A stretch of 64,000 nt of DNA, from NCBI GenBank assembly GCA_021154885.1, contig JAJKHS010000032.1, positions 46,833 through 110,832 of the forward strand. The letters run 5' to 3'. A program made the position numbers and the translations under genes. Below the pieces are notes generated by a model that ran no database searches, was not told the origin of the DNA, and saw nothing but the letters and a program-made list of their open reading frames with translations. Shown here in pieces: positions 39,241-48,814 of the stretch (positions within the stretch are counted from its first letter, which is position 1; each line of letters begins with the position of its first letter). The DNA is from Thermoanaerobaculum sp. Its GTDB lineage: Bacteria; Acidobacteriota; Thermoanaerobaculia; Multivoradales; UBA5704.

Positions 39241-39627
39241 CTATGGCGCGCTTTCCCTCACGATCCCAGCCCGCGCCTGAGCGCCTGGAGCCCCCGCAGC
39301 ACGACGAAGCTCTCCCGCAGGAACCCCAGCAGCAGCATGGCCCCGAAGAGCGCCACCCCCTCCCGGCCGCGCATCACCACCGCGTGAGCCAAGAAGCCCA
39401 GGAAGAAGACGAGCGTCAGCAGCTCGATGGCCAAGTGCACGGTCTAGAGCTCCCGCGCCGGCCGGCGGAAGAAGGCGACGGCTAAAGAGCGCGGCCAGGG
39501 GGGTCTTGGCCTCCCAGAGAAGGGTGCGGTAGACACCGGCCTCGATGAGGAGGCCGAGAGCCAGCATCAGGGCCAGGAGGAGGAGGGGGAGGAGGCGGAA
39601 GGCGCGGGAGGATCGCAGGGTGGGCAT
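39241..39627 (-). CDS. Possible small membrane protein; only the first ~50 codons look coding (possible frameshift or short gene)
   Basis: ATG 39627 lies 9 nt after the CHAT gene stop. The product starts MPTLRSSRAFRLLPLLLLALMLALGLLIEAGVY (TM). Third-position GC drops after about codon 50 and the signal moves to another frame. Confidence 0.3.
   Translation of the reverse strand: MPTLRSSRAFRLLPLLLLALMLALGLLIEAGVYRTLLWEAKTPLAALFSRRLLPPAGAGALDRALGHRAADARLLPGLLGSRGGDARPGGGGALRGHAAAGVPAGELRRAAGAPGAQARAGIVRESAP
39258..39440 (-). CDS. Possible small membrane protein (60 aa)
   Basis: GTG start. Two hydrophobic segments (LAIELLTLVFFLGFLAHAVV and ALFGAMLLLGFL). High third-position GC in this frame. 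Confidence 0.35.
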   Translation of the reverse strand: MHLAIELLTLVFFLGFLAHAVVMRGREGVALFGAMLLLGFLRESFVVLRGLQALRRGLGS

Positions 39628-39636
39628 CGCAGCGAC

Positions 39637-41793
39637 TCAGTCTACCCGGGTGGCCAGCGGATCGCCGTAGAAACAGTAGGCCGCGTAGGTGTCCTCGCCG
39701 CCATCGGGGGCGTAGGACTTGGCCCGCAGATCGCGCAGGATGGCGGCGAAAGGCGTCGCCGGTTCGGCCTTGACCCGGCGATAGAACTCCACGGCGATCT
39801 CGTGGGCGATCGTGTCCTTGACGCTCCAGAGCGGGGCGATGACGGCGCTGGCACCGAGGGCCATGAGTTCCTCGGCAAAGCCGCCGGTACCCACCAGCGC
39901 GGGCTCCTGCCGGCCGACTTCGCAGGCGTTGAGGAAGACCAGGGGCCTGGAGGTCGCGAAGCCCTTCTCGATGCCCGGCATGGCGGCGAGCGCGCTGGAG
40001 TAGAGCTCCTGCTTCTGATCCATGACGAGCACCTGGCTGCCGCCGTCGCCGCTCTTGCCGTGGCAGACGAAGTGGAGGAGAGCCCGGCCTTGCTGCTGGA
40101 AAGCTTGGTCCAGTGCCCTGGCGGAGGCAGGATCGATTCGCATTCCATGGAAACCCTCCACGACCACCTTGGCCTCATTCTCGGCGGCTCCGAGCCTGGA
40201 GTCACGCGGAGCTACTACATAGGCGTCGCGCAGCGGGATTTTTTGTGGCGGATGGATGTCGTCGTCGGAGGTCCAGCGGCTCAGCAGGAACTCGATGCCC
40301 AGCGGCTCGCGTTTCTGGAGCTTGCCGCCAGGAGGCCGTCGGTTTGGCACCATCAGCTCCCAGGGAATATTGGGCTCTTGGGTGATAATGGAGATCGTCT
40401 TCGGCGGCTTGCCGGAATCGATCAACTCCCAGAAAACTTTCTGGAAGAGGGTTGGCGCGGCCTTGAAAAGTTTCAGCCCGGCGCCACGCAGGGCCGTCGT
40501 GCGGTCCCAGTCACTCGCTCCCTTGGCGGTGAACTGGACCATCTGCTGGCGTACCAGGTCCCGGGCCAGGCTGCTCAGCCGCCACTTTTCGATGACGCCG
40601 TCCTGGTAGGAAGGGAGTAGGGACGTCTGGATCTTGCATTGGAAATTGCGTTCGTCGGTGGCCGATGCGACGATCTGGACATTGAGGTCTGCCGGCTGGG
40701 CTGAAGCCTCGACTCGCACGATCGGGCGGCTTGCCGGCGTCTCTTCCTGAGCTTCCGTGGTCAGAGGAACGGCGCGGCTCACCTTGCCGCAGGCTCGTCC
40801 GTTGTAGGCGAAGAGGGCCGAGAATGTCGCGGTCCCGGTTCCTCCGCCCTTCTTGCGGACGACCGTGAACACGGCCGATTCCGAGCGCTCCTGGTCGCGA
40901 AGGATGGTCAGCTCCTGGATAACGGGTCCCTCAACTTCAAAGGGTTTCTCGACCACCAGCCAGACGTTCAAGTCGAACTGCGTCTGATCAGGAGAGACCT
41001 CCAGGACCACGTCCTCTCCCTCTTCCCCTCTGCGCAGCGCCCCGATGTCGGTGTATACAGAGACCTGGATCTGAGCGTCTGCCGCGGGCGGCGGGGGATC
41101 GAGATCCATGTGTGGCGTGCGCCGGAGGATCTCAGAGGCCATATGATCGGAGGTCGCCCGAGTTGGTTCCAAATGGGGCTCAGGATCCGGAGGGGCCAGG
41201 CTCATCGCATTGCGCGAGTCAGAAGTCCTGACGACGTTCTCGGCAGCCAAGCCCTTGGTTCCCTGTACCACGTCGAACTCCACGCGGTCACCCTCGGCGA
41301 GCGACTTGAAGCCGTTGCCCCGAATGGCCGAATGATGAACAAAGCAGTCCTTCTGCCCGTCCTCCGGGGTGATGAAACCGAAACCTTTACTGTCGTTGAA
41401 CCACTTCACTCTTCCGCGGCGCGGATGGGCCTCGTGGTCGCTGAGCGGTTCCTCGTAGGGAGGCCGTGCGCTGTCTATTCGCGCACGGTCGCCGTCAGGA
41501 CTGGGAAAATGTTCCCTCGGCTCAATTGGATGCTCTCTCTTGTCTGTTCGCTGGCGACCCGGGTCGGGAGTGGGCATTGAGTTGTCGACCGCCTTGGCGC
41601 TGTCAGTCTCCCTTCTGACCTTCGGAATCAGCTCCATCAGCTTCAGGAGATACCGTTCGGCGTTGGCACGGCGCCGGCCATTGAGAGCCACAACCTGCAG
41701 GAATAGGGTGCGGGCCGTGGCGAAGTCGCCGGTCTCGTAGGCGCGCTGGGCGGCCTGGAAGAGGCTCTCCTCGCGATCAGGCGATCCGCTCAC
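39637..41793 (-). CDS. CHAT-domain (caspase-like) protease fused to a cold-shock domain
   Basis: The cold-shock domain (CSD) covers residues ~127-189 ([31 protein letters not shown]..., nt 41227-41415). The CHAT dyad is His578 in [10 protein letters not shown] (nt 40060-40062) and Cys624 in VFLNACEVG (nt 39922-39924). IPWELM motif present. GTG start with an AAGGAG SD, overlapping the upstream gene by 17 nt. Confidence 0.85.
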   Translation of the reverse strand: MSGSPDREESLFQAAQRAYETGDFATARTLFLQVVALNGRRRANAERYLLKLMELIPKVRRETDSAKAVDNSMPTPDPGRQRTDKREHPIEPREHFPSPDGDRARIDSARPPYEEPLSDHEAHPRRGRVKWFNDSKGFGFITPEDGQKDCFVHHSAIRGNGFKSLAEGDRVEFDVVQGTKGLAAENVVRTSDSRNAMSLAPPDPEPHLEPTRATSDHMASEILRRTPHMDLDPPPPAADAQIQVSVYTDIGALRRGEEGEDVVLEVSPDQTQFDLNVWLVVEKPFEVEGPVIQELTILRDQERSESAVFTVVRKKGGGTGTATFSALFAYNGRACGKVSRAVPLTTEAQEETPASRPIVRVEASAQPADLNVQIVASATDERNFQCKIQTSLLPSYQDGVIEKWRLSSLARDLVRQQMVQFTAKGASDWDRTTALRGAGLKLFKAAPTLFQKVFWELIDSGKPPKTISIITQEPNIPWELMVPNRRPPGGKLQKREPLGIEFLLSRWTSDDDIHPPQKIPLRDAYVVAPRDSRLGAAENEAKVVVEGFHGMRIDPASARALDQAFQQQGRALLHFVCHGKSGDGGSQVLVMDQKQELYSSALAAMPGIEKGFATSRPLVFLNACEVGRQEPALVGTGGFAEELMALGASAVIAPLWSVKDTIAHEIAVEFYRRVKAEPATPFAAILRDLRAKSYAPDGGEDTYAAYCFYGDPLATRVD

Positions 41794-43204
41794 GCTGATG
41801 CTCCTTGCCGTTCTCGTCGATGTAGCGCACGGCGATCTCGGGGCCGTCGAAGTCCAGCACCGCGAAGCCGAAGAGGGCCCAGCGCTCCAGACCCTTGTCG
41901 ATGAAGTCGCGGTACTCGTAGAAGGCCGGTGCCGGGTAGGGGTCGTTCTCGGCGTGGGTCATGTAGACGGGCACGCCGCCATGGCCGAGGCAGCGGGCGT
42001 CGATTCCCTGGTAGGGATCGTAGAAGACGCAGCGGTGCTCGTGGCCCCAGAGCCAGCTCTTCACCCGCCCGGTGGCGAGGACGGGCTTGATCTTTTCGCT
42101 CAGGACGTCGTTCCCGCTCTCGTAGGCGCTGAAGATCTGGTGGTGGGAGAGAAGCATCCCCTTGCCGGAGGAGTCGGTGAGCGTCCGCTGCGCCCATTGG
42201 GCCTGATGGCCTTGCAAGCCGCCGTCCTCCCAAGCGGTGTCCAGCGCGAGCAGCGTCCAGTGATCGTTGCGCAGGCTGAAGTAGCTCTTCCCCTCCTGGC
42301 GCTTGAACCGCGGGTCCTGGAGGACGTAGCCGTAGAAGGCATGGCCGCCGGAGTACATGTCGTGATTGCCGTTGAGGTTCCAGGAGGTGATCCGGTCCTC
42401 CTCGCCCAAGCGGACAGGCCAGTATTGGAGGAAGCGATTACGATACTCATACTCCCAGCCTGAGTAGTAGACGTCGCCGAGGTGAACGACGTGCTGCTCG
42501 CGCTGGTGTGCAATCCCCTCGTCCAGCACCTTGCGCATCTCGTTCGCGACTTTCTGAGCGCGGGGAAGGCCCGAGCCCCAGTCGCCCACCACCACGAGAC
42601 GCGCGCGGTCGCCGATCTGCACCGCCGTGGCGGCCTCGTCCGGGAAGGGAAAGCGGCCCCGGAGCTTGCGCACCCCCTCGGCGACGAGCGAGCTGACCCA
42701 GCGGATATCGAAGATCGAGAACTTGTCGAAGATCCGCCGGCCGTCGAGGTCACGCGATGGCGGAGGGGCGTCCGCCAGCGAGACGTCCGTCACCGCGACA
42801 TCGTCCTGGAAGGAGCGGCGGTCGTCGGGAAGGTCGGACTGCGCCAGCTTTTCCTTCTCCGTCAGGACGTGCTCCAGGGCGGACTGGAGGTTGCTGAGGA
42901 CGGCGTCGCGGCTGAAGAAAGAGAAGTCGTCGATCGGCGCCGGCTCCTCGCCCCGGCGTTCGGGCGGCGGCGGCTCGAACCCCTTCTGGCCGCTGGAGGC
43001 CAGCGTCTCCTGCTGGAGGGCCTCGTCGATCGCCGCCAGCGCCAGGGCGGCGTCCTGCGGCTCGATCTCAGGTCCCTCGGTCGCCGTCGCCATAGTGCGG
43101 CGTTCGGGCGTAGCGGCCTCCTGCAGCTCCCGCCGCACCTCTTCCAACTGATCGAGCACGAACTGGCGGTTCAGCACCTGGGCAATCAAGGGTTCTCCTC
43201 GCAC
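41777..43204 (-). CDS. Cytoplasmic metallophosphoesterase with purple-acid-phosphatase-type motif set and ~200-aa acidic N-terminal extension
   Basis: Motifs GDWG, GDVYY, GNHD, LLSHH and GHEH in canonical order. No signal peptide. The start is uncertain (GTG 43204 or ATG 43093). Confidence 0.8.
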   Translation of the reverse strand: MRGEPLIAQVLNRQFVLDQLEEVRRELQEAATPERRTMATATEGPEIEPQDAALALAAIDEALQQETLASSGQKGFEPPPPERRGEEPAPIDDFSFFSRDAVLSNLQSALEHVLTEKEKLAQSDLPDDRRSFQDDVAVTDVSLADAPPPSRDLDGRRIFDKFSIFDIRWVSSLVAEGVRKLRGRFPFPDEAATAVQIGDRARLVVVGDWGSGLPRAQKVANEMRKVLDEGIAHQREQHVVHLGDVYYSGWEYEYRNRFLQYWPVRLGEEDRITSWNLNGNHDMYSGGHAFYGYVLQDPRFKRQEGKSYFSLRNDHWTLLALDTAWEDGGLQGHQAQWAQRTLTDSSGKGMLLSHHQIFSAYESGNDVLSEKIKPVLATGRVKSWLWGHEHRCVFYDPYQGIDARCLGHGGVPVYMTHAENDPYPAPAFYEYRDFIDKGLERWALFGFAVLDFDGPEIAVRYIDENGKEHQRERIA

Positions 43205-43384
43205 TTTGCGGAGCAGCTCTTCAAGTATAGGACACGGCCCGGGATGGACTGGGGGGAGTCAGGGAGGCTCCTGCCCCCCGATTCCGGTGACGCACCGCCG
43301 CCCCGCAGGGACGAGCGCCCGTTTCTTCGGGATGGTTCTCTTTCCCTCCTAGACTGCATCCAAGGTTCTAAGGAGGAGAAGACC

Positions 43385-45178
43385 ATGAGACCCAAGAAAC
43401 TCGGGGAATTCGTCATGCTGCTGACACTGCTGACCGCCGTGGCCGGAGCGCAGCAGGTGACGCTGCCCCTGACCCAGTACGAGGACCTGCGCACCCGCGC
43501 CAATCCGGCGGCCGAGGCGCTGGCGCCGCCCCCCGCCCCCTTCGCCCTGGAGCTGGCCGACTTCGACGTCACCGCCGGCCCGGTGAGCGCCCGGGTGGCC
43601 CAGACCCTGCGCCTGACGCTCTATGACGACAAGTGGCAGACGGTGCCGCTGGGCGATCCGGGCTCGTTCATCCACGCCGATCTCGCCGGCGTCGAGGGAC
43701 GGGTGGACGCCTCGGACAAGGGCTGGGCCCTCCACGTCCGCGGCCGCGGACGGCACGAGGTGCGGCTCGAGTCCGCCGTGCCCGTGACCCGCGACGAGAC
43801 GGCCACCCGCCCGACGTGGCGCTTCGGCCTGAAGCTGCCGCCGGCCGCCGTGGTCCGCGGGCGGATCGCGGTGGCGACGACGACGGCGGTAGAGGAGGTC
43901 GAGATCGACGGCGCCGGCCAGATGAGCCCTCAGGAGGGCAAGGCCGCGGGCAGGCCGTGGAGCTTCGTGGCGGTCCCCGGCGGCGAGGCGCACTGGACGC
44001 TCTCCGGCCGGGCCACCCTGCCGGCCCGGGCCCAGCTCCCGTTGCGCTGGGAGGCCACGTCCGCCACGGCGACGGCTCTCACCCGCACCCGCCTGCGAGT
44101 GTTCGGCTGGATCGAGGCGCGGGTAGCCCAGGGGCGCCTCGCGGAACTGCGGGTGCCCATCCCCGACGGGCTGGAGGTCGCCTCGGTGCAGGGGGGCGCC
44201 GGCTGGAAGATGGACGGCAGGACGCTGGTGGTCACGCCGCTGGCGCCCGTCGAGGACGCCTTCGCCGTCGAGCTGGAGCTGACGGGCGAACCGCGGGACG
44301 CCTTCGCGACTCCCCTGCTCCTGCCCCAGGGGAGCGCCCGCACGACGCTCCTCGCCAAGGCCGTGCTCAAGGGCGGCGACGGCCAGCTCAGCCTGGCCGA
44401 TCCGGGCTCCTTGCGAACCGCGGGCGATGCCGACGCGGCCCGGCTCCCCGCGTCGCTGCGCTCGGCCGAGGGCAAGCTCTACGTCGTGACCGATGCGGCC
44501 CGGCCGCCACGCTGGGCCGCGGAGTGGGCGGAGCGCACCGAGGTGCTGGCCTCCGAGATCGACCGCCTGCTGGTGGACGTGGCGGTGGGCGAGGCCGGCC
44601 GCGCCTCGTACCAGCTCTGGGCGGAGGTGCGCAACCGCGGCGCCCAGCAGCTCACCTTCGTCCTGCCCGCCGGCTTCGAGCTCGCCTCCGCCCGCGACGA
44701 CGGCGCGCCCGTCACCCCCGGCACGGCGGCCGGCGGCGGGCTCTCCGTCCCCCTCCTCACCCAGGAGGCGACGCAGGTGGTCCACCTGAGCGGCCTCCTC
44801 CCCCTCGCCCTGCCCCGCGACGACGGCAGGCTGGAGGTGCCGCTGCCGGCCCTCTCGGCGCCGGCGGCGCGGATCGAGGTGCGGGTGGTCCTGCCCGGCG
44901 GCCGCTCCTACAAGCTGGCCGACGCCGCCCGCAACGGAACCATCTCCGCGCCGCCGGGGACGGCCCCCCGCAAACCCGCCGCCGGCATGGCCCGGCAGGT
45001 GGACGCGCAGGTCAACTCCGCCCTGCGCTCCTCGCCGGCACCGGCCGCCGTTACCGCCTTCTTCGCCATCCCCCCAGGCTTCACCGAGATCCGCGCCGCC
45101 TGGAGCGCCCTCTCGGCCACCCCCGCACCTCTGGCCTTGCGCGCCGAGGTGGAGAAGGAGAGACCGCAATGGTTCTGA
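43385..45178 (+). CDS. Hypothetical secreted protein (597 aa), paralogue of the next gene
   Basis: AAGGAGGAG SD. Signal peptide MRPKKLGEFVMLLTLLTAVAGAQ. The N-terminal motif VTLPLTQYEDL is shared with the downstream protein (VLLPLKDYLAL). Confidence 0.7.
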   Translation: MRPKKLGEFVMLLTLLTAVAGAQQVTLPLTQYEDLRTRANPAAEALAPPPAPFALELADFDVTAGPVSARVAQTLRLTLYDDKWQTVPLGDPGSFIHADLAGVEGRVDASDKGWALHVRGRGRHEVRLESAVPVTRDETATRPTWRFGLKLPPAAVVRGRIAVATTTAVEEVEIDGAGQMSPQEGKAAGRPWSFVAVPGGEAHWTLSGRATLPARAQLPLRWEATSATATALTRTRLRVFGWIEARVAQGRLAELRVPIPDGLEVASVQGGAGWKMDGRTLVVTPLAPVEDAFAVELELTGEPRDAFATPLLLPQGSARTTLLAKAVLKGGDGQLSLADPGSLRTAGDADAARLPASLRSAEGKLYVVTDAARPPRWAAEWAERTEVLASEIDRLLVDVAVGEAGRASYQLWAEVRNRGAQQLTFVLPAGFELASARDDGAPVTPGTAAGGGLSVPLLTQEATQVVHLSGLLPLALPRDDGRLEVPLPALSAPAARIEVRVVLPGGRSYKLADAARNGTISAPPGTAPRKPAAGMARQVDAQVNSALRSSPAPAAVTAFFAIPPGFTEIRAAWSALSATPAPLALRAEVEKERPQWF

Positions 45179-47493
45179 AGACGAGAATCCTCGCCCTGAC
45201 GCTGACCTTGTCGATATCCACCGGAACCCCGGGGCTGCGGGCCGCGGACGCCCCGCGGCCGGGGGAGGTGCTGCTCCCCCTGAAGGATTACCTCGCGCTC
45301 GTCGAGACCGTCGAGCGGCTCGACCGCGAGCGGGCCCAGCGGCAGGCCCGCCGCGAGAAGCCGCTCGCCGAGGTGGTCTCCCAGCGTCTGCGCATCGTCC
45401 TGGGAGAGGAGACGGCGGACGTGACCTCCGAATTCGAAGTCCTCGTCCAGGGCGAGCCCAAGGAGCCGGTATCCCTCCCCCTCGCCTGCGTCCCCCTGGA
45501 GGTGGAGGCGAAGGCCCTGGGCATCACCCCGCCAGGGACCGGTCCGGCCGCCGCCGTCACCGCCAGCGCCAGGAGCGGCGAGCTGTGGCTCGTGGCTCCG
45601 GGGCCGGGGCGCTACGCCGTCAAGGTCACCGGGCCGCTGCTCGTGGGCAAAGGGGTGAGCCGCCTCACGCTGCCCGCGGCCGTGGCTCCCGTGACGGTGA
45701 CGGAGATCGACCTGCCGGCCGATCGCGCCTTCGACGCGCCCGGCGCGGTGATCGTCGACGACCGGGTGGAGGGCGGCCGGCGGAAGATCCAGCTCACCAC
45801 GCGCCGCGGCGAGGCGCAGACGGTGGAGGTGCGGCGCAAAGTGGATGGCAGCGAGGCCGAGAAGCTGCTGGCGCAGAGCGTCGTCCTCACCCTGGTGCAG
45901 CTCCTGCCCGACGGTCCCCGGCGCCACGACGTGGTGCTCTACGAGGTCTCCCGCGGCGGCCTGGGGAGCTTCACCGTGGACCTGCCGCCCGGGCTCGCGG
46001 TGGAGCAGGCCGGCACGGACGAGGGGGACGTCATCCCCGTGGTGGAGTCCCGCCGGCTGACGGTGAACCGGCACAACCAGCTCCGCGGCACCGGGTATCT
46101 GGTCCTCACCTCGACGCCGGCCCCCGGCGCCGAGGTCCCCCTGGAGCCGATCGTCCCAGTCATCCCGGTCATCCCAGTCATCCCAGCCATCCCAGCCAGG
46201 CCGGCGACCGACGTGCGGGCCCGCTACCTCGCCCTCGCCTCGGCGGTGGCGGCCGATGCGCGCCCGCTGCCCCAGGCGAGCTGGACGCGGGTGGACCTCG
46301 ACGACCTGCCCCCGGCCCTGCGCGAGGCCCTGAGCGCCATCGACCTTACGGCGGCGTGGCGGCTCACCGGCGGGACGTCTGCGGGGGCGGGGGAAAAGAT
46401 GGCCGTGGCGCTGCTGCCGGTCGCGCCGTCGCTGCCGCTGCTGGTCAAGCGGCGGGAGACCACGACGCTGCTGACTGTGGACGGCACCCTGCTGCATCGC
46501 GACCGGCTGATCCTGCGGCCGCCCGGGGGCTTGAGCGCGGCCCTCGACGTCGTGTTGCCGGCCACGGCCAAACTGTGGTCCGTCAAGGTGGACGAGGTAC
46601 CGGTGCGTCCCCTGGACCGGAAGAACGGCACGCTCTCCATCCCCCTGGGCTTCGAGACCGGCCGGGAGCCGGTGGTCGAGATCGTCTCCGTGCTGGAGAA
46701 GGCCATCCCCGCCGGCCGCTCGGAGCTCGCCCTCACCCTGCCGCAGATCGCCGTCCCCGTGCAGGCCCACGAGTGGCGGGTGCTGCTGCCGGACGGTCCC
46801 CGATATCGTTTCCGCTCGGGGGAGCTGCGGCCGACACCGGTACGCAATCCCTGGGCGGTTCTGCAGCCGACACCCGGGGTGCTCACCGATCGCATCGCTA
46901 CGGGCAGCAGCGCCACGGCGGCGGGAGGTACGGCGGCCATCGCCGGCAAGGTCATGGACGACAAGGGAGCGGCCCTGCCGGGAGTAACCGTCACGCTCTC
47001 CGCTCAATGGGTCGTGGCCACGGATGCTCTGGGCCGTTTCGCCTTCCGGGGGCTGCCCGCCGGCACCTACAGCCTCAAGGCGGAGCTGGAGGGTTTCTCC
47101 ACCATCGAGTACCCCAACCTCCGGCTCGCCACCGGGCAGACCGCCGTGCCGGAGATCCGGCTGTCGGCCGCGGTGGAGGACGTCATTACCGTGACCGCCG
47201 AGACTCCCCTGCTCGATCAGAGCCGGATCAGCACCGGTACGAACGTCGCCCCCAGCGAGCTGGAGCGGATTCCGACGTCTCACCGTGAGAAGAAGAAGGA
47301 CGAGGTGGATCTGGAGGCGCGGCGGGCGAAGGCCCTCTTCGCCCAGGAGGCGCAGGGGCTCCAGCAGGGCCTGGTCGGCGGCGTCAAGCCGCTGCCCATC
47401 GCCATCCCCGAATCGGGGAAGGTGCTGTTCCTCACCGGCGTGCTGCCGCCGGCGAAGGTGGGAGTGGAGCTGGAGGTGAAGGGGAAGCGGTAA
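45169..47493 (+). CDS. Hypothetical secreted protein (774 aa) with C-terminal CarboxypepD_reg domain and TonB-receptor-plug-like segment
   Basis: 10-nt overlap with the upstream gene, AAGGAGAG SD, signal peptide. The C-terminal segment IAGKVMDDKGAALPGVTVTL...GRFAFRGLPAGTYSLKAELEGF...ITVTAETPLLD resembles the N-terminus of acidobacterial TonB-dependent receptors. Confidence 0.7.
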   Translation: MVLKTRILALTLTLSISTGTPGLRAADAPRPGEVLLPLKDYLALVETVERLDRERAQRQARREKPLAEVVSQRLRIVLGEETADVTSEFEVLVQGEPKEPVSLPLACVPLEVEAKALGITPPGTGPAAAVTASARSGELWLVAPGPGRYAVKVTGPLLVGKGVSRLTLPAAVAPVTVTEIDLPADRAFDAPGAVIVDDRVEGGRRKIQLTTRRGEAQTVEVRRKVDGSEAEKLLAQSVVLTLVQLLPDGPRRHDVVLYEVSRGGLGSFTVDLPPGLAVEQAGTDEGDVIPVVESRRLTVNRHNQLRGTGYLVLTSTPAPGAEVPLEPIVPVIPVIPVIPAIPARPATDVRARYLALASAVAADARPLPQASWTRVDLDDLPPALREALSAIDLTAAWRLTGGTSAGAGEKMAVALLPVAPSLPLLVKRRETTTLLTVDGTLLHRDRLILRPPGGLSAALDVVLPATAKLWSVKVDEVPVRPLDRKNGTLSIPLGFETGREPVVEIVSVLEKAIPAGRSELALTLPQIAVPVQAHEWRVLLPDGPRYRFRSGELRPTPVRNPWAVLQPTPGVLTDRIATGSSATAAGGTAAIAGKVMDDKGAALPGVTVTLSAQWVVATDALGRFAFRGLPAGTYSLKAELEGFSTIEYPNLRLATGQTAVPEIRLSAAVEDVITVTAETPLLDQSRISTGTNVAPSELERIPTSHREKKKDEVDLEARRAKALFAQEAQGLQQGLVGGVKPLPIAIPESGKVLFLTGVLPPAKVGVELEVKGKR
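46150..46194 (+). repeat. Five tandem 9-bp units (GTCATCCCA-like) inside the 45169..47493 CDS, encoding (V/A)IP repeats
   Basis: atcgtccca gtcatcccg gtcatccca gtcatccca gccatccca encodes IVPVIPVIPVIPAIP. Confidence 0.85.
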
Positions 47494-47505
47494 GCGCTCT
47501 GAGAT

Positions 47506-48558
47506 TCAGCGGGAGGAGCTGGCCGTCGGCGTGGACTGTCCCGGCACGGCGTGAGCTCCCGCGGGCGTCGGAGATCCGTCCTGGTTCAACAGGAACCAGC
47601 CGGTGGCCAGCACGAAGACCATCAGCAGGAGGGTGGCCGCCAGCAGCAGCAGGGCACGACGATGATCCCTCTCGCCGGCGTCGGACTGAGGCCGGGCCGG
47701 CGCTGCGGCGACCGGCCGGGGGGCGCCGGGGAAGACCTCCAACCGTCCTTCTTCCGCGGGGAGCGGCGGGCTCGTCCGCGGCCGGACCCCGGAGCTGCCA
47801 TCCGTGCGGACCGCCTCGCGCAGGGCCTCCGCCATCTCCGCGGCGCTGGCGTAACGGGCGCTGGGCTCCTGGCTGGTGGCGCGGGCCAGGACCCGGAAGA
47901 GCGGATCCCGCACCCCCAGGCCTCCCTGGCTGCGCAGCGAGCCGGCGAAGGTCAGGCGCCGCAGCAGCGAGCCCACGGCATAGAGGTCGCTCTGCACCGT
48001 GTAGAGCTCCCCCGCGAGCTGCTCGGGGGGCAGGGTGAGCAGCGGATCGAAGACGAGCTGCGTCAAGCCGAAGCCGGTGAGCACCAGGTGACCCTCCGGC
48101 GCGAGAACGACCTCGTCCTCGGCGATGTGCCGGTGCAGGATCCCCTCGGCATGGGCCTCGGCCAGGATCTCCAGGAGCTGGCCCCCCCAGTCGATCAGCG
48201 TCGCCCGGTCCGGCCGCTCGCCCTGGGCGAGCAGGTCGTGCAAGGAACGCCCCTCGGTCTCGGCGAAAGCCACCAGCAGCGAGCCGTCGTACTCGGCGAC
48301 CTCCAGCAGGGCGGGCAGACCGCGATGGTAGATCCGTCCCAGGGCCTCGGTCTCGGCGAGCAGGATTTCCCACGAGGCAGCCTCCTGCCAGGAGCCTGGC
48401 CGGGAGGCCGGAATCACCTTCAGGATCGACGTCCGGTCGCTGCGGGTGTCCGCCGCGAGATAGGCCATCCCGAACGGAGCCGGCCCCAGATCCTCCAGGA
48501 CCTGATAGGGACCGATCTCCCGCACTCCTCGGATGACTGGTGTAGATAGCATGCCCAT
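47506..48558 (-). CDS. Membrane-anchored degenerate Ser/Thr kinase-like protein (probable pseudokinase)
   Basis: Kinase fold pattern (YQVLEDLGPAPFGMAYLA, ILKVI) with HRHIAEDE in place of HRDxxxxN and GFG in place of DFG. C-terminal TM LLLLAATLLLMVFVLATGWFLL. ATG 48558 has a GGAG SD. Confidence 0.6.
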   Translation of the reverse strand: MGMLSTPVIRGVREIGPYQVLEDLGPAPFGMAYLAADTRSDRTSILKVIPASRPGSWQEAASWEILLAETEALGRIYHRGLPALLEVAEYDGSLLVAFAETEGRSLHDLLAQGERPDRATLIDWGGQLLEILAEAHAEGILHRHIAEDEVVLAPEGHLVLTGFGLTQLVFDPLLTLPPEQLAGELYTVQSDLYAVGSLLRRLTFAGSLRSQGGLGVRDPLFRVLARATSQEPSARYASAAEMAEALREAVRTDGSSGVRPRTSPPLPAEEGRLEVFPGAPRPVAAAPARPQSDAGERDHRRALLLLAATLLLMVFVLATGWFLLNQDGSPTPAGAHAVPGQSTPTASSSR

Positions 48559-48814
48559 GGCTCGCTCCATGCGGCTTCGGACCGACCGCCAAACTTCTGG
48601 GGGACCCGAAGCTGCAAGCTCCATGCAAGGCCGGCGGCGGCGGGACGGCTCCGATCGCGCAGACGATCTCGCGAGCCATCGAGCCGATGTCTTTCGGCTA
48701 CTACTGAAAGTGCGGGGGGTGGGAGGAAGAGGGACAAGTGGCCGGAGCGTCGTTCGCGATCCGCTTCCCGATCCGCAGGGTGGCGTCGATCGGGAGGTCG
48801 CCGTGCCGGCGGAG

